This document shows positions 32,838-41,005 of a stretch of 64,000 nt of DNA, piece by piece. Numbering within the stretch: the stretch's first letter is position 1; every line of letters starts with the position of its first letter. Below the pieces are notes generated by a model. The model was not told the origin of the DNA. It did no database searches and saw only the letters and a list, made by a program, of their open reading frames with translations. Source of the DNA: a virus. The stretch spans positions 1,341 through 65,340 of IMG/VR virus record IMGVR_UViG_3300032516_000003. One strand, written 5' to 3'. The translations under genes and the position numbers were made by a program.

Positions 32838-33085
32838 CGCGCGCCTCCCGCAGGGGGATTGAGCAAAGCGGCCGGCAGGTCGTCGAGCGTGTCGAGTAGC
32901 TCGCGCATATCGGCCCACGAAAGTACGAGGCCGGCGCACGGATCCACGAGCTTCCTCCCGCTATATTCGCCCATGAGCACCTCTGCTTCGCGACGCAGAA
33001 TGCTGATGTCCAGCGAGGTCACGCGCACGAGAATGTCCCCATGTTCGGTGTGACAGATCGTGCGCTCGTCGCCTGGGTTCAGCAT
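32834..33085 (-). CDS. hypothetical protein, 83 aa
   Basis: ATGA coupling; weak SD. Confidence 0.5.
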   Translation of the reverse strand: MLNPGDERTICHTEHGDILVRVTSLDISILRREAEVLMGEYSGRKLVDPCAGLVLSWADMRELLDTLDDLPAALLNPPAGGAR

Positions 33086-33270
33086 GATCTACCGCCCGCG
33101 GGGGGATCGAGGGCCAGTCGCAAATCCTTGACAAACCGCTTCATCACCCCCCAGTCACTCGGCGGTGTCACCGTGGCCCAGTAGACCAGCAGGTGTCTCA
33201 CCCGCTGCTCGCGCTCACGTAGTTCGTCGATCTCGCGGCGCAGTAGTCGCATGGCCTTTGGCTCGCTCAT
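33079..33270 (-). CDS. hypothetical protein, 63 aa
   Basis: ATGA coupling to upstream tiny gene. Confidence 0.5.
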   Translation of the reverse strand: MSEPKAMRLLRREIDELREREQRVRHLLVYWATVTPPSDWGVMKRFVKDLRLALDPPAGGRSC

Positions 33271-33371
33271 GGCTTCACGGGCTCGTAGGTCGCCTCGAAG
33301 ATGTCTGGCTTGCAGGGGTAGCGCTCGCCCTTGACGCCGGTGATGATCCAGTCGCCGGGGATGCACGTCAT
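33267..33371 (-). CDS. tiny protein [34 protein letters not shown], 34 aa
   Basis: GGGAGGGAGAAGG SD; coupled on both sides. Confidence 0.45.
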   Translation of the reverse strand: MTCIPGDWIITGVKGERYPCKPDIFEATYEPVKP

Positions 33372-33487
33372 CGTGCCTTCTCCCTCCCCTTGAGTTCCCT
33401 CTCCCTTTTGGTGAGGGCGCTCTCCAGGCCAGGAAGGTAGTTCTTCTTGATCCAATTCTCGTGCCGACGCTCGCGTGCTGCGTTCAT
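33368..33487 (-). CDS. tiny basic protein, 39 aa
   Basis: GTCAGGAGGCTAAGTTC-ATG. Confidence 0.4.
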   Translation of the reverse strand: MNAARERRHENWIKKNYLPGLESALTKRERELKGREKAR

Positions 33488-33625
33488 GAACTTAGCCTCC
33501 TGACGTTGATGCCGTTGTGGTGGAGCATAGCGAGACAAGCCAAACAGCACTGGAACTCCGGATCTCTCTTCCGGTTCCCCTTGTAGCGGCCAGTTGACTT
33601 GCCTCGACAAACGGGGAACTGAACT

Positions 33626-34963
33626 TCACAGTTCTTCGTCGACGCATTCTTGGCAGAGCTTGTCGTCTCGCTGTCGCTGGTAGCGCGGGAAGTCGAGCGA
33701 GTTGGTCTTGTCACCTTGGCTCTTGTAGAACCGCGAATCATACTTCACCTCCACACAGATCGGGTACTTCTGGGTTGCGAGTCGTTCCCGCTCTTCGTCG
33801 GTGAAGCCAGAGCAGTCGGCGATATAGGTCTCTTCTCCTTTCTTGTTGAGCTGGTAGAGACTGAGCGTGCCGACCTTGCCCATGTTCTTGCCGGTCCCCC
33901 AGGTCCCCAGCGGCCGCTCTTTGGTGCCCGCGTCCGGATCCCAGTAGGCGCGGAAGTCATCGGTCTGGGCCCGCTTCATCTTGAAGGCACAGGCCGGTCG
34001 ATGGGCCTTGCCGTCGAACGAGTAGCTGTAGTCGCCGATGACCGCCGACGCCTGGTAGCAGACCCAGCCTTCGTAGTTCTCGTTCTCGGCCAGCTCCATG
34101 GCCTCCTTCACCGAGCCCTCGAAGAGCTCCAGGGTGTAGAGGAGGCGGCCCTTGGCTCGATCATCGCGGTAGTCGATGAACTTGTCCCCGAGCGTATTAT
34201 CGATCAGGTGCGCGAGCTCCAGGCAGGTGTGATCGGCCTCCAGGTGCAGGGACTTCCAGAAGGGGATGCGGTAGAGGTAGAATTTCATCCACCCCCGCTC
34301 CTTCTGCCGGTCGGTGGACTTCTGGGGCAGCTTGCAACGCATGATCTCCGAGCACTTGCCGAGGTCGCGCTTGGTGTTACCATCGCCCATGAAGGCCTCG
34401 AACATCAGGATGGTGCAGAACGGGATCTTGAGCTCCTTGATGGCCTTGACCAGATGTGGGAAGTGGTCGGACATGATGTCCATTCGCCGACTGTACAGCA
34501 CGACCTTCCCGTCAGCCTGGACCTGGGCGATCACTGTCATGCCATTCACCTTGCGCGTGAACAGCAGGTCATCCTTCGCTTCCAGAGCCGCGATGTAGTC
34601 CCCGTTGACCTTGTTCCGCGGCTTGGAGAAGCAGAGCTTCTTGGGTAGCCTCTCACCCCAGTCGATCGTCGTCTGAATGGCGCCGCCGACCAGCGGCTGA
34701 CCATCCAGGCCAACCTCGACGTAGCCTTCCTCGGTCTTCTTGCGGATGTCCCGATCCAGGTTGAACTGGGCGTTCGCGTAGGAGTCGACGTAGGCCTTGG
34801 TGTCCTCCTTGCCCTTGGGGCCGGGACGATCTTTCGTCCGGCCATGCTCCTTCCGCTTGCCGTCGACTACCGCGCCCCAGACGGTGCAAACGAAGTCGTC
34901 TTCGAGCCAGGTCTGCCAGAACCGCTCGGCGGAACGACCTTGTCTCTGCCGGAATTCTCTCAT
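33626..34963 (-). CDS. ATP-dependent polynucleotide ligase-like nucleotidyltransferase (Rnl2-like KxNG motif I)
   Basis: GGAGGGAG SD; motif I RKVNGMTV (KxNG as in Rnl2-type RNA ligases, vs KxDG in DNA ligases), motif IV-like EGWVCY, motif V AFKMKR. Confidence 0.7.
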   Translation of the reverse strand: MREFRQRQGRSAERFWQTWLEDDFVCTVWGAVVDGKRKEHGRTKDRPGPKGKEDTKAYVDSYANAQFNLDRDIRKKTEEGYVEVGLDGQPLVGGAIQTTIDWGERLPKKLCFSKPRNKVNGDYIAALEAKDDLLFTRKVNGMTVIAQVQADGKVVLYSRRMDIMSDHFPHLVKAIKELKIPFCTILMFEAFMGDGNTKRDLGKCSEIMRCKLPQKSTDRQKERGWMKFYLYRIPFWKSLHLEADHTCLELAHLIDNTLGDKFIDYRDDRAKGRLLYTLELFEGSVKEAMELAENENYEGWVCYQASAVIGDYSYSFDGKAHRPACAFKMKRAQTDDFRAYWDPDAGTKERPLGTWGTGKNMGKVGTLSLYQLNKKGEETYIADCSGFTDEERERLATQKYPICVEVKYDSRFYKSQGDKTNSLDFPRYQRQRDDKLCQECVDEEL

Positions 34964-35217
34964 GACTCCCTCCGAGTAAGTAGTTGTTCAAGGGCGCGCT
35001 CGATCTTTTGCAGGTCCTTTAGCGACTGCTTGCCGAGCTCCACCGGTCGGGCAGATACGATCCACGCCGTCAACTGCTCATCCCAATCCCCCGCCATCAT
35101 ATTCTCTGGCCAGTTCGCAGGATTCTGGTTCCGCTGTTGGGTCCAATACAGCCTGAACTTCTCGATTTCCATGTGGGCGAGTCTCACGTACTCATCCAAG
35201 GTCAATTGTTTGGCCAT
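34960..35217 (-). CDS. hypothetical protein, 85 aa; first gene of inverted operon
   Basis: CAGGAGGATATCCC-ATG; TGGTATAAGA box 24 nt upstream (minus strand). Confidence 0.6.
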   Translation of the reverse strand: MAKQLTLDEYVRLAHMEIEKFRLYWTQQRNQNPANWPENMMAGDWDEQLTAWIVSARPVELGKQSLKDLQKIERALEQLLTRRES

Positions 35218-35240
35218 GGGATATCCTCCTGAAAGCGAAG

Positions 35241-35250
35241 GTCTTATACC
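35241..35250 (-). promoter_or_regulatory. TGGTATAAGA extended -10-like box
   Basis: minus strand, 24 nt upstream of first gene of inverted operon. Confidence 0.45.
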
Positions 35251-35274
35251 AGCATTCTGTGCTACCATGCGGCC

Positions 35275-35484
35275 ATGATCGCCAAGACTGTGGAAGTCCA
35301 ACTAGACACCTTCGATCCTGACATCCTCACCAAGCCCAAGGAGCAGATCAGCGTCGCGATGGATGCGGAGATCAGGCAGTTCAACCAGACCATGCTGCGA
35401 GCGGGGTTGCAGATGCTAAGCGCCTACGAGCGCACGATCTTGAAGACGTATCTCGCCTATAAGTTGGGCATCCAGCTAAAGTAG
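35275..35484 (+). CDS. hypothetical protein, 69 aa
   Basis: GC3-rich ORF; weak SD. Confidence 0.45.
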   Translation: MIAKTVEVQLDTFDPDILTKPKEQISVAMDAEIRQFNQTMLRAGLQMLSAYERTILKTYLAYKLGIQLK

Positions 35485-35622
35485 GTTCCCGCTGGCCATC
35501 GCCGGTTCTATCTCGCCTCGCTCGTGGCGGGCGGCCTCACCGGCTGCGGTCACCATGCACCTGGTGCGCTCTCCAGGCACATCGCCTTATGCCACCGACC
35601 GTGTGCCGTCTTGCAGGCGATG

Positions 35623-35631
35623 GTAGTATAA
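35623..35631 (+). promoter_or_regulatory. AGTATAAGA -10-like box
   Basis: 24 nt upstream of tape-measure-like gene ATG. Confidence 0.4.
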
Positions 35632-35654
35632 GAGCAATGCGTTAGGAGCCGAGC

Positions 35655-38600
35655 ATGCCCATCTCCTCACACCAAATTGGGGGTCTCATCGGTGGCCAGC
35701 AGGCCATGTTCGGGAATTTCCATTCCTACGCTCAGCAGATCAGTCCCTATGGCCAGCAGGGTCCTGTTGGCTACTCCAACCCCATGGCTGGCATGGGCGA
35801 GATGATGCAGCCTCCGCCAGCACCGCACGCCGAACTGCAACGGATGGGTGAGCAGTTCGGCACCGGCGCGGTGGGGATGATGGGCCACATCCCGGGCGCG
35901 ATGGGGATGATGGGGGTGGCCGGCGGCATCGGTGGCTTGATGGGCAGCCGAGCCCTAGGCGCGGTAGGTGGTGCGGCTTCGATGCTAGATCCCTTCTCCG
36001 CCGGAATTGGCGGCTTCGCGCGGGGCATCGGCTGGCAGAGTGGCGCCGGCATCGGGGCGAATCTAGGCCGATTGGGATCGATGGGTATCGGTGGTATTGC
36101 CCGCGCCGGCGTGGCTGGCCTAGGTGGAGCAGCGCTCGCGGCAGCCCCGGCGATGTTGGCCACGGAGGCCATTCGGTACGGGGCCGGCCAGATGGTCCAG
36201 GGTGCTCAGTACCAGAACCAGGTTGGCAACGTCCTCCAGAACCAGTTTCGCTTCCTCAGCCCCGGCGGTGGCACCGGCGGCTACGGCTTCAGCGGCCAGG
36301 AGCGCAAGGGCATCTCCGACATGATGCGGGAGATGGGTCACAAGGAGATGATGTCCACTCCCAGCGAGATGCTGCGATTGCTGCAGCAGGGCGCCGGGAT
36401 GGGGATGTTCAAGGCTGTCTCTGACGCCAAGGAGTTCAAGAAGAAGTTCCAGGAGATGGTGGGCACGGTCAAGGAAGTGGCCAAGGTGATGAACACGAGC
36501 CTGGAGGGGGCGATGCCCTTCCTGGCCCAGGCGCGACAGCAGGGCTTCTGGACGCCGCAGGACATCCTACGCAACGCCACCATGGCCCGCTCGACGGCCG
36601 CCGCCACCGGGATGTCAGTGGCACAAGTGCAGGGCATGATGGGTCAGGGAGCCCAGATGGCGCGTGCTGTGGGCGCTCAAGGGCGGGCAGGTGCCAGGGG
36701 CATGGCTCGGTCTTTGGAAACAGCTGCGGCCATGGTCGGCGGTCCAGGCAGGGCCGGTATGCTTTCCGAAGAGCAAGTCGGGGAGCTCACCGGGGGAATG
36801 CAAGGACCCGAAGCCGTTGCTGCTCTTGCTCAGAACATGCAGGAGGCCTCAACCCGCTTCGCACGGAGCAACGTGGCCCGCTGGACCATAGCAGCCCTTG
36901 GGAGGGACAAGTTTAGCCAACTTGATCCCGCCAAAGTACGAGCTCTCTCCGAGGGGAGGATCTCGATCGGTCAGATAGGCGGCGGGGCACGCGGCAACAT
37001 CGGTCGTCAAGGCGCTGCCAACTTCGTGATGAACGAGGAGCGTCTTCGTGGGCAACTGATTGAGATGGGTCCCCAGGCACAGATGGGCTTTGCCGCTGGT
37101 CTCGTCGGTGAGCGCTTGTACAGTGAGAAGCCGATGGACCAGTACGTCGTGCGCCGCATGTTGAAGCGTTTCGGTATTGCGCAGACCAGCCAAGAAGCCG
37201 ATGCCAAGGCTAAGATCATGCGCGACCTTCCGCGGATGATGCAGGAGATGAAAGTACGCAGCACGCTGGAGATGGATCAGACGGAACGAAACCAAGAGGA
37301 TCAACTCAGTCGCTCGTGGGATGGTGTCAAGCGCCAGATGGGCAAGTGGTGGGATGCCAACGTGAAGGAGCCGCTGCAGAAGGCTGGCGCCGATATGGCT
37401 CATTCGGCCAGTGAGTGGTTCGAGCGGGCCTCGGACCGGATGTTTGGTCGGGTGCAGAAACGCCATCAGATCGGGGCTGTCTCCCAGATGGGTGGGCGGG
37501 CCATGAGCGAATACGCTCTGACCGGCAACACCCGGCAGATGGAGATCGCATTCGGTGAACGTGGAAGTGCAAAGATAGGTGGTGGAGCTGGAGCTCTGGG
37601 CCTGACAGGCTTTGATGCAGGCATGGGGAACGCGTTTGGTGGCCAGGGAGTTCTGCGCGGTGCGCAGAATCTGTACTCCGGCGCCATGGGGATGGGGTTC
37701 AACAAGACCAACGCCAACATCGAGTGGCTGGCCAGAATGGGTGTGAAGGAAGGGGCGGTTGGGACGGAGGCGGAACGCCAGGCGTTGCTCAAGCAGGGTG
37801 GGTATCTAAGCGGCCGTACCAGCGGCGGTCCTGGAGTTGGTGCCTACCGTGTGATGGCCGAGGCTGATGTGAAGAAGGCGGTCAGCGGCTATCAGGCGGC
37901 AGTTGGTGGAGACATCACCGAGGAGCGGGCCAAGGGATTGGGCTATGACTCTGCCAAGGAGGCCAAGGTCGCCCTAGAGAAGGGCAAGCGGATCATGGGT
38001 GATCCATCCTTGGGCTTGAAGATGCAGCGCATTGCCCGGGAGACCGGCAAGTCCGGTCGCGAGCTGCTGGAGGAATACACTCGTCGTGCCCAGAAGGGTG
38101 AGTTCGGCGAAGACGCGAAGTCCTTCCTCGGTCAAGGTGACCGAGCTGAGCAAGTCCATCGTCTCCATGCCGCCATGGACCAAAAGACACGGGAGGGCTA
38201 TGGCGGCGGTGATCTGCGCGGCGAAGCCCCCAGTCAGATCGATCCTTTCCGTATGACGGAGAAGCAGCTGGCTGAGCACACGGAGAAGCAGGAAGCTCGC
38301 CTGGCCGAAGCTGCTGGTGGGGAGGGCGGAGGGCCCATGAAATGGGTCCGTCGTGGCGTAGAGGCGCTCGACAAGGCAGCAGCCTTCGCTGGCGGTCCTC
38401 TGGCAGATCTCGCTTCCTCCATGGGCCTCACGACCACAGGCTTGGCCAAGAAGCTCATGCCCAAGGCGGTGACGCAGGAGTCGGTGGGCAAGCTGCGCGA
38501 GAAGGGTGGTCCGATGATGGACGAGGCCATCCGGACTCTCGCCAATGACAAAGCTACCCCAGAGGAGAAAACGAAGGCCCGGCAGTTCTTGAAGGACTTC

Positions 38601-39557
38601 AGATCGGAAAACAAGGATCTGCCGGATGACCAAGCGCGGGCACTGGAGGTCATGGGCGGCGAAGGTGGCAATCGGCAGGAGGCCGACGCTGCGATGAAGG
38701 GCATCGCTGGCGCCATCGGCACACGTGATCAACAAGCTGTCGCAGCACTGGTCGGTCGCCGCGTCAATCGTATGAAGCAGAACATGGGCGAGCAGTACGA
38801 TCAGGCCATGGCCCTGACCACGGCTGTTGGTGCTGAGGCTTCGGGTCTCACCGGCATCGGCAAGGAGGTTGAGGGTCTGGTGAAGGGTGCTGGCACGGAA
38901 GATCCGTACAAGACCCAGGACCGGCTTTCCAAGATCGCAGCTGCAGCCTCGAAGATGGATCCCAAGCAGCTGGCTGAGTTCAAGGAGAAGTTCGCTGGGG
39001 TGCCCGGGGCGGAGATGATCAGTGAGGCCTTGGAAGGTGGCACTCAGGCCAAGGAGACCAGCAAGGCGTTGGTGACTGGCGGCAAGGGTGGCATGGGCCG
39101 CGCCTACCAGTTGGTGCAGGAACTTACCGGCAGGAAGCTGACGACGGCGCAGTACAGAGCGTTGCAGAAGGGCGACAAGAAGGCAGCCGAAGCCCTGCTG
39201 AGCGGTGTTGAGGGTGGCCGCAAAGAGATGGCCGAGAAGCTCTTCGGCGCCATCGGTTCGCAGGACGAAGCAGCGGCGACGGACGTCCAGTCCCGGATGG
39301 CCGGCGAGCGGGCCGGCGGGGCCCTCACCGGGGTCAAGCGGCGGACGCCGGAAGAGGTTGCGGAGGACATCGCCAAGAAGGCCAAGGGTGGGGAGATGTT
39401 TGGCCGCCTAGGCAGCGGCGAGGGAATGCACCAGCAGATGCTCATCACCAACCGGCTGCTGGGGGATATCGCGGCGAAGGTTGGCAAAGAAGGCAACACA
39501 GGTGCCCCAGCCGAGAAGCCCGTGGGTGGAGCACAGAAGAAAACAGAAGTGAGGTAG
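35655..39557 (+). CDS. tape-measure-like protein (1300 aa, Gly/Ala/Met/Gln-rich, helical repeats)
   Basis: TTAGGAGCCGAGC-ATG; size, low complexity and position ahead of Dit-/Tal-sized genes. Confidence 0.6.
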   Translation: MPISSHQIGGLIGGQQAMFGNFHSYAQQISPYGQQGPVGYSNPMAGMGEMMQPPPAPHAELQRMGEQFGTGAVGMMGHIPGAMGMMGVAGGIGGLMGSRALGAVGGAASMLDPFSAGIGGFARGIGWQSGAGIGANLGRLGSMGIGGIARAGVAGLGGAALAAAPAMLATEAIRYGAGQMVQGAQYQNQVGNVLQNQFRFLSPGGGTGGYGFSGQERKGISDMMREMGHKEMMSTPSEMLRLLQQGAGMGMFKAVSDAKEFKKKFQEMVGTVKEVAKVMNTSLEGAMPFLAQARQQGFWTPQDILRNATMARSTAAATGMSVAQVQGMMGQGAQMARAVGAQGRAGARGMARSLETAAAMVGGPGRAGMLSEEQVGELTGGMQGPEAVAALAQNMQEASTRFARSNVARWTIAALGRDKFSQLDPAKVRALSEGRISIGQIGGGARGNIGRQGAANFVMNEERLRGQLIEMGPQAQMGFAAGLVGERLYSEKPMDQYVVRRMLKRFGIAQTSQEADAKAKIMRDLPRMMQEMKVRSTLEMDQTERNQEDQLSRSWDGVKRQMGKWWDANVKEPLQKAGADMAHSASEWFERASDRMFGRVQKRHQIGAVSQMGGRAMSEYALTGNTRQMEIAFGERGSAKIGGGAGALGLTGFDAGMGNAFGGQGVLRGAQNLYSGAMGMGFNKTNANIEWLARMGVKEGAVGTEAERQALLKQGGYLSGRTSGGPGVGAYRVMAEADVKKAVSGYQAAVGGDITEERAKGLGYDSAKEAKVALEKGKRIMGDPSLGLKMQRIARETGKSGRELLEEYTRRAQKGEFGEDAKSFLGQGDRAEQVHRLHAAMDQKTREGYGGGDLRGEAPSQIDPFRMTEKQLAEHTEKQEARLAEAAGGEGGGPMKWVRRGVEALDKAAAFAGGPLADLASSMGLTTTGLAKKLMPKAVTQESVGKLREKGGPMMDEAIRTLANDKATPEEKTKARQFLKDFRSENKDLPDDQARALEVMGGEGGNRQEADAAMKGIAGAIGTRDQQAVAALVGRRVNRMKQNMGEQYDQAMALTTAVGAEASGLTGIGKEVEGLVKGAGTEDPYKTQDRLSKIAAAASKMDPKQLAEFKEKFAGVPGAEMISEALEGGTQAKETSKALVTGGKGGMGRAYQLVQELTGRKLTTAQYRALQKGDKKAAEALLSGVEGGRKEMAEKLFGAIGSQDEAAATDVQSRMAGERAGGALTGVKRRTPEEVAEDIAKKAKGGEMFGRLGSGEGMHQQMLITNRLLGDIAAKVGKEGNTGAPAEKPVGGAQKKTEVR

Positions 39558-39560
39558 CTG

Positions 39561-39773
39561 ATGGCATGTCGACAAGAGGTGAGCAAGCGGTACATGGTGG
39601 CCAACGGCCGCGTGGTCACCGTCTACGTCCGCAACGGCATCGTGCCGGAAGATCCTCTGATCAGTGGAGCCCGGTGCAAGGCCTTGTCGGTGCGTACCGG
39701 TGAGGTCAACGACGCCAAGCGGGTGTCGCGCACGATCAAGGACTACCTGATCAAGACTAACATCTCCATCTAG
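39561..39773 (+). CDS. hypothetical small protein, 70 aa
   Basis: ORF directly after TMP-like gene. Confidence 0.5.
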   Translation: MACRQEVSKRYMVANGRVVTVYVRNGIVPEDPLISGARCKALSVRTGEVNDAKRVSRTIKDYLIKTNISI

Positions 39774-39781
39774 GAGCTGAC

Positions 39782-41005
39782 ATGGCCGATCCGGTGTTCG
39801 TGGAGTTGCAGACCGACGCCTTTGCCGAGAACTTCGATCGGTTCAAGTTCAGGCCGGCCAACGGCGGCGTGCGGCGGCCGGTTCGTGGCTTCGAGATCAA
39901 GGAAGACACCTACGGGATGATCAAGGTCATCCGTGCCGACGGGACCATGATCCCCCTGACCGATGCCGCCGGCCCACTCTCACCCTCTTCTGGCAGCGAG
40001 ACCGGTGCCGGCTCGGGTGTACCCCAGCAGGGAGCGACAAAGCCGCGTACTGGAGCCACCTACAACTACTCCAACTTCATCATCCAGAGCGTCGTGGAGA
40101 GCCGGCAGGAGAAGGCCCAGGTCCTGGAGACCTTCGGTGACACCTTCGTGTTCTTCTTCGGTGAGCGGCCGCGCATCCTGCAGGTCAGTGGCATCCTGAT
40201 GAACACTCTGGACTTCAACTGGCGTACGGAGTTCTGGTACAACTACGAGAACACCCTCCGCGGCACCAAGCTCGTCGAGCAGAACGCCCGCATCTACCTC
40301 TTCTACGACGATCTGGTCGTGGAGGGGTACATGCTGGGCGCCAATGCTCAAGACCTGGCGGAGAACCCGTACCACATCCCGTTCAGCTTCCAGCTCTTTG
40401 TCACCAATCACCAGTACCTCGGCAACATTGGCCAGGAGGACTATCCGATCACTCACGCGGTCAACCTCAAGCCGCTGCTCACGGCGACGGAGGTCATGGA
40501 AGCCAAGAACATCCTCAAGTCGCTGGGCATCCAGACGCAGAAGACCGACACGCTGGTGGGCTCGTTGCTCGACTCATTCCGCTCCATGAGTTCTGGTGGA
40601 CTCACCGTCAAGGCCCCATTGATTGAAGGCGTCAGTTTGAGCCTCCAGTCGGCGGCCACGATGTTCTTAGACGTGGCCAAGACCTTCTTCGGCATGTTGA
40701 TCCCTTCTCGCCTGATGCCGTACCGCACCAAGCTGCGCGACAATCGGGATGAGTTCATGAACAACTACGAGTGGGGCTACATCTCCGATGATCGGGTGAC
40801 CAAGGCCATCCTTGATCAGCAATTCGCCAGCATGTTCGCGGTGGGAGGAGCCATCGTGGCTGATCTGGTAGGCGTCGGCATCAATGCGCTCGTGCCAGGA
40901 GTAGGTTGCCCGTTGCTGGAGGCCACGCATGGCCTATTCGCCACGAGTTCACCGATGCCGGTATACAACACCTTCGCGATCCGGACGACTGGATACGGAC
41001 AATGA
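39782..41005 (+). CDS. distal-tail (Dit)-like structural protein, 407 aa
   Basis: TAGGAGCTGAC-ATG; position after TMP. Confidence 0.6.
   Translation: MADPVFVELQTDAFAENFDRFKFRPANGGVRRPVRGFEIKEDTYGMIKVIRADGTMIPLTDAAGPLSPSSGSETGAGSGVPQQGATKPRTGATYNYSNFIIQSVVESRQEKAQVLETFGDTFVFFFGERPRILQVSGILMNTLDFNWRTEFWYNYENTLRGTKLVEQNARIYLFYDDLVVEGYMLGANAQDLAENPYHIPFSFQLFVTNHQYLGNIGQEDYPITHAVNLKPLLTATEVMEAKNILKSLGIQTQKTDTLVGSLLDSFRSMSSGGLTVKAPLIEGVSLSLQSAATMFLDVAKTFFGMLIPSRLMPYRTKLRDNRDEFMNNYEWGYISDDRVTKAILDQQFASMFAVGGAIVADLVGVGINALVPGVGCPLLEATHGLFATSSPMPVYNTFAIRTTGYGQ

Noticed and set aside
35655-39557. Alternative reading of the 1300-aa protein as a T7 gp16-like internal virion/ejection protein
   Set aside because: Downstream Dit-sized (407 aa) and Tal-sized (1061 aa) genes and long fibres fit a siphovirus tail module better. 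No lytic transglycosylase domain in the protein. Kept as tape-measure-like with moderate confidence.
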